From Archaeoglobaceae archaeon (GTDB lineage Archaea > Halobacteriota > Archaeoglobi > Archaeoglobales > Archaeoglobaceae), in contig JAWAQR010000012.1 in the NCBI GenBank assembly GCA_038893835.1, positions 1 through 36,587 on the forward strand: 36,587 bases of DNA, in the 5' to 3' direction. The notes beneath the pieces were generated by a model. The model saw only the letters and a list, made by a program, of their open reading frames with translations. It was not told where the DNA came from and searched no databases. Positions 29,312-36,587 of this stretch are shown here, piece by piece. Each line of letters opens with the position of its first letter. The first letter of the stretch is position 1. The position numbers and the translations under genes are program-made.

Positions 29312-30007
29312 AAAAAGATATAGTGCGATGACAACGAAGTCCAGAATTGGATCAAAGACTGTAAATCCAACCATCGCCCATCTAACCACATCTACTCCAT
29401 AGGTGAATGGACTGAGCTTTGAAGCGAATACAATCGCTTCAGGAAGCTCAGAAATCGGAAAAATCGCTCCTGAAAGGAGGAAGATTGGAAAAACGAAGAA
29501 GTTCACTATCAACTGAAATCCATGGATGTCTGTCATTATTGAAGAAATTGCGATTCCAGTTGCCGTGCAGAGCATTGAAAAAAGAAAAATCGTTAAAGCA
29601 GTGATCGGGATTGATGAGAGATCGATTTTAAAACCTAAGAGAGTTGATAAGGCTAAAAGAATTGAAGCCTGAATTGTTGCAATCGTCGCACCACCAAGAG
29701 TTCTGCCGAGGACTATGACCATCCTGCTAACCGGTGCAACCATTATCTCACGTAGAAATCCGAATTGCCTATCCCAAACAACTGAAACACCTGAAAGAGT
29801 TCCGGAAAATATCAGGACCATCGAAACTATTCCAGGGGTTAGGAAATCTATGTAGTCTATTTCTAGAGAGGGAAAAGTTGCTCTGCGAAATCCCAGGCTA
29901 AAGAAAAGTAGGAAAAAGAATGGTGTTGCAAGAGAACCAAAAAACCTGCTCCTAGCTCTTGTATATCTTTTCAAATCCCTAAGCCAGAGGATGTAAATCC
30001 CTCTCAT
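29261..30007 (-). CDS. ABC-2 type exporter permease
   Basis: About six TM helices with DRQFGFLREIMVAPVSR, LSGAIFPI and PFTYGVD. ATGA-coupled to cmk. Confidence 0.88.
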   Translation of the reverse strand: MRGIYILWLRDLKRYTRARSRFFGSLATPFFFLLFFSLGFRRATFPSLEIDYIDFLTPGIVSMVLIFSGTLSGVSVVWDRQFGFLREIMVAPVSRMVIVLGRTLGGATIATIQASILLALSTLLGFKIDLSSIPITALTIFLFSMLCTATGIAISSIMTDIHGFQLIVNFFVFPIFLLSGAIFPISELPEAIVFASKLSPFTYGVDVVRWAMVGFTVFDPILDFVVIALYLFLILSLASILFSRTEVR

Positions 30008-30519
30008 TTTAAAGCATTTATTATGATTTCCGCGATTTTATCTGCAGAAATCCTCGTGGAGTTTATGATCAAATCATATACACTCCAATCATCGACGTTG
30101 ATATTGTAGAACTTCTGATACCTCCTTTTCTCCATTTCCTCCCTCATCCTCGTCTCTTTGCGAACTATCTGAATGTCTTTTCCTTCCCTCTTTGCAATTC
30201 TGCTGTATCTGACTTCGGCATCTGCAAATATTAAAACTCGAAGGTCCGCATCTTTAACCATCCATGCAGAAAGTCTTCCCTCCACTATCGCATCTTTCTC
30301 CCTTTCCGCAACTTCCTTTTGAATTCTGTCTATGAGCAAATCTACTTCTGGATTTTCTTCTGCAAACTTGCTGAACTCTTCAACGCTCATACCTCTCTCA
30401 GATGCGAGCTGTCTGAAGATACTTCCAGCTGAGATCAGCTTAATCTTTAATCTTTCACTCAAAATCTTTGCAACAGTTGTTTTTCCGCTTCCAGGTGGTC
30501 CAGAAATCGTTATCTTCAA
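30004..30519 (-). CDS. cmk: Cytidylate kinase (archaeal type)
   Basis: ITISGPPGSGKTT, AGSIFR and EGRL motifs. TTG start overlaps the upstream stop. Confidence 0.93.
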   Translation of the reverse strand: MKITISGPPGSGKTTVAKILSERLKIKLISAGSIFRQLASERGMSVEEFSKFAEENPEVDLLIDRIQKEVAEREKDAIVEGRLSAWMVKDADLRVLIFADAEVRYSRIAKREGKDIQIVRKETRMREEMEKRRYQKFYNINVDDWSVYDLIINSTRISADKIAEIIINALK

Positions 30520-31154
30520 ATTCCCACCTTCAGCAACTTTTTAAGCACCTGACCGAACATAATGGAGCAAAGAATATACCAGATAAGCCACCATGGAAAA
30601 ATTGCTACGAACTCGTAAACGTGAATCGTTCCCCAGAATGGGGAAACTATTTCGAAGAGTTCGTTGTTTATATGGAACCCTTCAACGATCGGTTCACCAA
30701 ATTTAACGTTTCTATAGCTCAGGTAAGCCCTCTCCCAAAGCCAAGCCCAGATTGGTATTGAAACGATGAATGTGTAAGACATTGGTTTAAACTGCATGCT
30801 CATAAGCTCGCTCTGTAGAATTCTCATTTCCTCTTTTTTCTGTTCAAGTTGTTTCAGCTTATACTGATTCTTTTGCTTCACAGCTTCAATGTATTCCTTT
30901 TGATAGGCTGAAATTTTCTTCTGCAGTTCTTTCATCTTTTCGTAGTTCACCGTATACTTTTGGATCAAATTGGAATAAAGGGCTGTCAGTATTGCCATTA
31001 CCATCACCAATTCGTGGAACTTAAGCCCTGTGAATGGTGAAAAGATCATCTCTATTACAAGAGCGAGAAGTATTCTGAACTCGTAACTCAAAATTATTCC
31101 GAAGAATAAAAGAAAGCCAAATATCATTATAATCTTAGATATAAAGCTCCTCAT
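30516..31154 (-). CDS. DUF106 / EMC3-TMCO1-like (Oxa1 superfamily) membrane insertase
   Basis: TM, coiled coil, FKPM, WLIWYILCS. Conserved position after secY. Confidence 0.88.
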   Translation of the reverse strand: MRSFISKIIMIFGFLLFFGIILSYEFRILLALVIEMIFSPFTGLKFHELVMVMAILTALYSNLIQKYTVNYEKMKELQKKISAYQKEYIEAVKQKNQYKLKQLEQKKEEMRILQSELMSMQFKPMSYTFIVSIPIWAWLWERAYLSYRNVKFGEPIVEGFHINNELFEIVSPFWGTIHVYEFVAIFPWWLIWYILCSIMFGQVLKKLLKVGI

Positions 31155-32632
31155 ATTTTTTCACCAAGCATCCTCCTCAACAGAGGATGCATTTCAGTTA
31201 GCTGCTCCCTCGTAAGGTCTTGGTAAAAGCGATAAGCTATGCTCACAGCTAGAAGTAAACTAGTCCCGCCAACGTTGCCTATTGTTCCGAGCAAGTTTGA
31301 AATTAGGGCAAGAAGACCTATAAGCGCACCTCCTATTATCGTTACCTTCGGTATGTATCTTTCCAGCAACCTTTCCAGGGCAATTGGAGATTTTCTATAC
31401 CCCGGGATCATCATTCCAGATCTTGCTATCTGACTTGCAACAGTCTTGGCATCCATTCCAGTTGTTTGTACCCAAAAAACTGCAAAAAGTATTCCTCCTC
31501 CAATCAGGATTAGAGCATCGATCAGCAAATGTAAATAAATTGCCCAATCTGGGATTGTTGCAAAAGCCGCTCCTTTTGACCTTACAAGCTCCGGAACCCA
31601 ATCATAGGGACTATTGATAGGTGAAAGGAAAAACATTATCCCGCTAACAGGCTGATTGCCAACGTATTCGCCAAAAATCGTTATACCCCTTGAATAGAGT
31701 ATTTGCCCAAACATAACTAGATTTGCCTGCAAAGCCCTAACAAATATCATGGGCAGAACACTTGCGTAGATCAGCTTTATCGGAAATGTTGCTCTTGCCC
31801 CTCTCACAAGCGAGTGGGCTATTGGAATTTCAACTCTCGTACCTTCAAAGAAGACAACAAGCAAGATTATCAATGCAGTAGTTATCAATGCAAGAATTCC
31901 ACCTTCAAGGAACAACATTATCAGCCCATTTCCACTGAGCAGAAAGTCTATTGGATAGTTTTGGGCAAAATAAATCCATCTTGGAATTATTCCAGCAGGT
32001 AAAACTTGGTTTGGTGGCACAATCCAGTTGAAAAGTCCGATGATGATAGCTTGAGAAACACTAGCAAGGATGAATAAGCTGACTCCACTTCCAATTCCCC
32101 ATTTTGAAACGACTTCATCCATGTAGACGATCAAAACTCCACCGATGAACAACTGAATGAAGATTAAAAAAGATATAAACTCTATTGGGACTCCAAGTTT
32201 TTCAGCAAGCCTAGAATCTGGAACTAGAAATCCTGTAACGATCTGTGGAAAAGCTTCCACTGCGATCATCACGAATACCAAGAAACGCTGAAATTCCTGA
32301 TAAGCCGCTCTATCCTCGGGATTAGTTAAATCCAGCTTAATTATTCCTGCTCCAACTAAGAGTTGGAGTATTATCGAAGCCGTAACAATTGGACCTATGC
32401 CCAATGCCAGGATTGAACCACTGGCACCTGCAAATAGGGCTCGATAAGCTTCGAATATGTCTATCGATTCTGGAGATAATCCAAAGACTGGGACGTTGCA
32501 GAGGATAAAATAGAGTATCAAAATGGCGGAAGTCCACATGAACTTCTGCCTAAAATGCACATGCCCTACAGGACGCTCTACACTTGGAATTCTTTCAAGA
32601 TACGGTTTTAAAGCCCTTATAAGGGAATCCAT
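31151..32632 (-). CDS. secY: Protein translocase subunit SecY
   Basis: LGIGPIVTASIILQLL, SKWGIGSGVSLFI, IPGYR and GGTSLLLAV motifs. Confidence 0.98.
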   Translation of the reverse strand: MDSLIRALKPYLERIPSVERPVGHVHFRQKFMWTSAILILYFILCNVPVFGLSPESIDIFEAYRALFAGASGSILALGIGPIVTASIILQLLVGAGIIKLDLTNPEDRAAYQEFQRFLVFVMIAVEAFPQIVTGFLVPDSRLAEKLGVPIEFISFLIFIQLFIGGVLIVYMDEVVSKWGIGSGVSLFILASVSQAIIIGLFNWIVPPNQVLPAGIIPRWIYFAQNYPIDFLLSGNGLIMLFLEGGILALITTALIILLVVFFEGTRVEIPIAHSLVRGARATFPIKLIYASVLPMIFVRALQANLVMFGQILYSRGITIFGEYVGNQPVSGIMFFLSPINSPYDWVPELVRSKGAAFATIPDWAIYLHLLIDALILIGGGILFAVFWVQTTGMDAKTVASQIARSGMMIPGYRKSPIALERLLERYIPKVTIIGGALIGLLALISNLLGTIGNVGGTSLLLAVSIAYRFYQDLTREQLTEMHPLLRRMLGEKI

Positions 32633-32633
32633 T

Positions 32634-33158
32634 TTACACTACCCCACCACCTACCGCTCTTAGCTTTTCAACTGCCTTTTCTGTGGCCTTCCCAACTTTA
32701 ACCTCTATCGCCTTTGTAACGTTTCCAGAGCCAAGCAATTTCGAATAACCGAGCTGTTCGAGGTTAACAAAATATTTATCTCCTCTTTTTTCCGCCAAGC
32801 CAAGATTTACCAGCGTATCTATTATCGAATCCAGATCTCCAACGTTTATCTCTGTCTTCGATTTTAGCAACCTGTAAGTCCTTTCATCTAGCTTTCCTTC
32901 ATCCCTCAGCTCTTTAAGCCTAGAAATCAGAATTTTCTCTCTACTGAATTCCTCAACTACAGCTCTTGGTCTTGTAAATCCATGTTTTCCGAATTCATAC
33001 AAACCCAGCTTTGCAAGTTTTAGGAATTTCAGATATTTGTGCTTGTGAACCCCAGCATTTCCCCTTCCACCACGATGTCCAGCCCCTCTGCGCTTCTTAT
33101 GACTCCCACCACCACAGGTTCTTGATCCACGATATTTTTTAACCCTAAGTTTTGGCAT
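32634..33158 (-). CDS. rpl15: 50S ribosomal protein L15 with an insertion of about 30 aa
   Basis: RGSRTCGGG, RGGRGNAG, FGKHGF, INVG, KLLGSG and AVEKL..GG motifs. Confidence 0.95.
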   Translation of the reverse strand: MPKLRVKKYRGSRTCGGGSHKKRRGAGHRGGRGNAGVHKHKYLKFLKLAKLGLYEFGKHGFTRPRAVVEEFSREKILISRLKELRDEGKLDERTYRLLKSKTEINVGDLDSIIDTLVNLGLAEKRGDKYFVNLEQLGYSKLLGSGNVTKAIEVKVGKATEKAVEKLRAVGGGVV

Positions 33159-33162
33159 AATA

Positions 33163-33618
33163 TCACCTCATCCTGTAAAGTAGATCCTTTATATTACCAT
33201 GCTTTCCAAGATCTCCTCGCGGATAATGCCACTTTATGTTTTTCAAACCTTTTCTAGGCGGGTGAAGTCTAAAAACTGGCTTTAATCCTGGTATATCTGA
33301 AAGCTTGGCTTTTCCTTCAATCACAGCTTTTGCAAATTCCTCTATGCTTTTATAAGGTGTATTTTTCTGAACGTATTCATCTGTTAATGGAACATTGCCA
33401 CTCAATCTTCCGCGATGTCTGAGGAGCATGGCAAGGGTTTCTGAATCTATCTCACCATAAGCAACGTAATCCTTAACAACTTGTAGCATCCCGCGGTAGG
33501 ATGGAGTGTCTGGAACGACAACGCAATGATATCTTTTGTGAAGTCTCAAAAGACGAAGCGTTTCTTTTATCTTTCTGTGCACATCAACAGTTCCTCTTAA
33601 ACGAACTACTGCGATCAT
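33163..33618 (-). CDS. rpl30: 50S ribosomal protein L30
   Basis: [14 protein letters not shown] and FRLHPPRKG motifs. Confidence 0.96.
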   Translation of the reverse strand: MIAVVRLRGTVDVHRKIKETLRLLRLHKRYHCVVVPDTPSYRGMLQVVKDYVAYGEIDSETLAMLLRHRGRLSGNVPLTDEYVQKNTPYKSIEEFAKAVIEGKAKLSDIPGLKPVFRLHPPRKGLKNIKWHYPRGDLGKHGNIKDLLYRMR

Positions 33619-33622
33619 TTTT

Positions 33623-34213
33623 TCACCTCTTCATGAAACAAGTTCTCTTCAGAGCATCAAAAGTAGCCATTGCAAAGTTTAAAGTCGTTCTCGTTTCACC
33701 ACTAGTCATAGACCAGACATCTTTTACTCCTGCAAGTTCTATAACCTTCTTAGCAACATCGGCAGCTACGATTCCAAGTCCCCTTGGTCCTGGGATTAAG
33801 GTTACTTTAACACTTCCACAGACACCCGAAACCTTAAATGGAACAGAGTGCTGCGTTCCACAACCACATTCCCATGATCCACATCCCCTTTCGACGCGGA
33901 AAATGTTTATCTTTGCATTTTCAACAGCTTTCTGAATTGCTGGTGCAACTTGGGAGGCTTTCCCAACACCAACACCAACATAGCCATTTCTGTTGCCAAC
34001 AACCGCAGTTACACGGAACTTTGTCCTTCTTCCACTATCCGTCATTCTCTGTACCATTGAAATCTCCAAGATGTCCTCATCCAGCTCAGGAAGAAGTAAA
34101 TCAACTATTTGCGGTTCTTTAATCGGCAATCCACTTGCCAAGGCTTCGTCTATTGTCCTTATCTTTCCCTCAGCAACAAGCTTTCCAAGCCTAGTTCTTG
34201 GCACCCATTCCAT
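33623..34213 (-). CDS. rps5: 30S ribosomal protein S5
   Basis: [25 protein letters not shown] and PGPRGLG motifs. Confidence 0.97.
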   Translation of the reverse strand: MEWVPRTRLGKLVAEGKIRTIDEALASGLPIKEPQIVDLLLPELDEDILEISMVQRMTDSGRRTKFRVTAVVGNRNGYVGVGVGKASQVAPAIQKAVENAKINIFRVERGCGSWECGCGTQHSVPFKVSGVCGSVKVTLIPGPRGLGIVAADVAKKVIELAGVKDVWSMTSGETRTTLNFAMATFDALKRTCFMKR

Positions 34214-34217
34214 TCTA

Positions 34218-34775
34218 TCACCCTAATATCTTCGTCTTCACTTCCATAACATGCTCTGGCAATCTTTCAGGACTAAATCCTCTCTTCTCATACTCGCTAA
34301 ACTTCTCAGGATGCTCTCTGTAATAATCAGCTATATGCTTTCCAAGAATGCGATACTCATCTGGGAGAATCTCATCATCATGTGGAATCTGCAGTCCAGC
34401 CTCCACTGCCCCTTTAAGAACTGCAAAAACCCTAGCACCCTTTGTTGGAGTTCTCAGACCTATATCTAGAATTGCTTCTTTAATTCCAATTTCCAGAGCT
34501 TTTTTACCGATCAAAATTCCCGTCAAATAGCAGGCTGGAGTGTTGTTCAAGTCCCCATTCCATCCATAATCCCTGAGCTTCATCGAATCTACAGCTGCAA
34601 GAACCCTATCTCCTTCAGGTCTGTATTCAATTATCTGGGCTATAACTCTCTGATTCGTTATTCTAACGACAAGCCTTGGTTTCTTTGAAAGAAGGAGCTT
34701 TAATCTCTTTCTATAATTTGTCTTTCCTTCTCTTCTCCTCCTATGCGGAACTTTATACCTTGGACCTTTAGCCAT
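34218..34775 (-). CDS. rpl18: 50S ribosomal protein L18
   Basis: [21 protein letters not shown] and LDIGL motifs. Start at ATG 34775 behind GGTGA. Confidence 0.96.
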   Translation of the reverse strand: MAKGPRYKVPHRRRREGKTNYRKRLKLLLSKKPRLVVRITNQRVIAQIIEYRPEGDRVLAAVDSMKLRDYGWNGDLNNTPACYLTGILIGKKALEIGIKEAILDIGLRTPTKGARVFAVLKGAVEAGLQIPHDDEILPDEYRILGKHIADYYREHPEKFSEYEKRGFSPERLPEHVMEVKTKILG

Positions 34776-34779
34776 GAGA

Positions 34780-35217
34780 TCACCTTTTGATCTCTTGCAC
34801 AAACGAGTCGAGATGGGCTACACTTCTAAAAGCTCCACCCTTTGCCATTCTATATAGCATCCTGTAAGTCTTCGTATCTATTTCTCCATTCTTCTTTAAC
34901 TCTCTCAATCTTCTCCTCAAAGCCCTGATTCTCATAATCCACAGTCTCTTTCTTGGCATTCTGGCTGTCTTTTTACCCTTCCTACTTCCATGTCCCCTCC
35001 TTCTTCCCTTCCTTCTCCTCAGATTTACCCTAAACCTGCAAACACCTTTCAAAGGCTTCTTTTTTATCGCCCCTTTTTCTATCAGCTCCCTTATATCCTG
35101 CTTGGTCGATGCTGTGGATATTTCTTCAAGCATCTCCGGATTAAACCATACTCTGTTTTTCCCACATTTCAAAACTTCAGCTGCAAGTCTTCTTTGAAGA
35201 CTTAGATTCATGAGCAT
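34780..35217 (-). CDS. rpl19e: 50S ribosomal protein L19e
   Basis: [30 protein letters not shown] and YRMAKGG motifs. Confidence 0.96.
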   Translation of the reverse strand: MLMNLSLQRRLAAEVLKCGKNRVWFNPEMLEEISTASTKQDIRELIEKGAIKKKPLKGVCRFRVNLRRRKGRRRGHGSRKGKKTARMPRKRLWIMRIRALRRRLRELKKNGEIDTKTYRMLYRMAKGGAFRSVAHLDSFVQEIKR

Positions 35218-35615
35218 CACCTTAACGGATTCAGAATCTTTAATCCTTTTTCCTTAGCTTTTGTTTCGATCAAAACTCTTTTTCTTAAACCAACACAACT
35301 CGCAATCCTCACAGCATGTCTTGCTGGATTTAGAGTTTCAAGTTGCTTTTCATTGTAAACGAGCACTTCTTCATATCCACTTGGATGCAACCCACGAACC
35401 AGCCTTGGTCCACGGAAACCTATCTTCACCTTCTTTCTCCCCGACCATTTTCCTCCATATTCCAATCTCATCGCATTGTCTAGACCTCTTGGCTTTCTCC
35501 AGCTTTTTCTTCTCAATTTCAGCTTTCTATCCCAGCAATACCTCCTGAACTCCGGTTTTCTTGATTTTAATCTTTTTCTCAATCTCAAAAGTGCTTTTAT
35601 GTTCATTTCAACCAC
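35217..35615 (-). CDS. rpl32e: 50S ribosomal protein L32e
   Basis: KPEFRR, WRKPRG, RGLHPSG and KILNP motifs. Confidence 0.96.
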   Translation of the reverse strand: MVEMNIKALLRLRKRLKSRKPEFRRYCWDRKLKLRRKSWRKPRGLDNAMRLEYGGKWSGRKKVKIGFRGPRLVRGLHPSGYEEVLVYNEKQLETLNPARHAVRIASCVGLRKRVLIETKAKEKGLKILNPLR

Positions 35616-36173
35616 CTAAGGTTTTTTCACTATGTAGATACCATCTTGGAAAACTCTTCTATCCTTCTGTTTTATTCTCGTAGCCCTTTCAAGATTTGCA
35701 GCAGTTTGACCGCATTCCTCGATGTCAACTCCCCTAACTATTATCTCCTGTCCTTTGACTTCAACCTTTGCTCTACCAACTATTTTCGCTCTTCTAGGTG
35801 TAGTTTCACCCAAGAAGTTTTCAATGATCACTTCATTACCCGAAACCCTTATTTTCATCGGAAAGTGGGCATATACAGCTTTGAGTCTGTATTCAAAGCC
35901 TTCTCTAACTCCTTTTATCAGGTTTTCTATATGAGCAGTAAAAGTTCCAACCATTGCCCTATATTTCGCCTTTTTATTTGATGTATATATCCTTATTTCC
36001 GAGCCATTCTTCTCTATGAATATCTCTCTGAACTTGAACTTCCTCGAATTCTCGCCCAAAGGCCCTTTTACTCTTACAACATAGCCTGAAATTGTATCGC
36101 CTTCAACGCTCACTTCTACATCACTTGGAATCTTCACAACACTTATGTATTCCCTTTCAGTAGACAAAGGCAA
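35616..36173 (-). CDS. rpl6: 50S ribosomal protein L6
   Basis: VKGPLG, YAHFPM, ENFLGE and DRRVFQDGIY motifs. The start is uncertain; TTG 36173 lies 6 nt after a GGAGGTG site inside rps8. Confidence 0.93.
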   Translation of the reverse strand: MPLSTEREYISVVKIPSDVEVSVEGDTISGYVVRVKGPLGENSRKFKFREIFIEKNGSEIRIYTSNKKAKYRAMVGTFTAHIENLIKGVREGFEYRLKAVYAHFPMKIRVSGNEVIIENFLGETTPRRAKIVGRAKVEVKGQEIIVRGVDIEECGQTAANLERATRIKQKDRRVFQDGIYIVKKP

Positions 36174-36543
36174 GAAGAACACCTCCAAGTCTTAGCTCCT
36201 TAGCCTCCTTTTGACTCATCACTCCCTTAGTTGTCGAGACTATCAGAATTCCAAAATCTCTAGCTGGAAGAAATCTCCTTTCGTAGAACTCGTATTCTGT
36301 TACCTTTGAAGAAAACCTTGGCCTTATTGGACCACAGTTGTTTATGTTCCCCGTGAGTTCGACGATGAACTTCCCTTTGATGCCCTCTTTCACGAATTCG
36401 TAGCCCTTTATATAGCCATGGTTTTTCATAACTTTAAGCACGTTTCCAACGAGCTTTGTCGCCATCACTTCGCAGTACTTCTTTCCAACCATTTCAGCAT
36501 TTCTTATCGCTATTATAGCATTTGAAAGTGTATCAACGCTCAT
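36157..36543 (-). CDS. rps8: 30S ribosomal protein S8
   Basis: DTLSNA, INNCGPIRPRF, LPARDFG and VSTTKGVMS motifs. Confidence 0.97.
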   Translation of the reverse strand: MSVDTLSNAIIAIRNAEMVGKKYCEVMATKLVGNVLKVMKNHGYIKGYEFVKEGIKGKFIVELTGNINNCGPIRPRFSSKVTEYEFYERRFLPARDFGILIVSTTKGVMSQKEAKELRLGGVLLAFVY

Positions 36544-36547
36544 AGGA

Positions 36548-36587
36548 TCACCAGTACTTCTTAAAACCTAATTCCATCGCAGTTTCT
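36548..36587 (-). CDS. rps14: 30S ribosomal protein S14, C-terminal fragment (window edge)
   Basis: Reverse strand reads ETAMELGFKKYW*, matching the archaeal S14 C-terminus in its expected position before rps8. Confidence 0.85.
   Translation of the reverse strand, partial: ETAMELGFKKYW

Overview
A compact, gene-dense archaeal chromosome segment, most consistent with Archaeoglobi: it has DsrC with the CX10C tail, F420 genes cofD/cofE, Rpo3 with a ferredoxin-like domain and an archaeal spc operon ending secY-DUF106-cmk. Most of it is housekeeping: CDC48, alaS, glyS, purB, purF, pyrE, pyrC, hisA, hisB, argG, Trm56, aIF1A, SmAP, tRNA-Ile(GAU), the S13-S4-S11-rpoD cluster and the distal spc cluster. 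A more accessory-looking stretch (about 9.7-15.4 kb) carries an octaheme c-type cytochrome lipoprotein, two uncharacterised radical SAM enzymes and a thiolase/DUF35 pair, and ccmAB lie further on. The most striking observations are three. (1) The aIF1A gene appears to start at a non-canonical CTG behind a perfect Shine-Dalgarno site, suggesting start-codon-stringency autoregulation like bacterial infC. (2) uL15 carries an insertion of about 30 aa that resembles a helix-turn-helix segment of eL19 from the same operon. (3) The octaheme cytochrome with Ccm genes and a stand-alone dsrC points to extracellular or sulfur-linked electron transfer. I saw no CRISPR array, transposase or integrase. All calls come from reading the sequence by eye and no searches were run.
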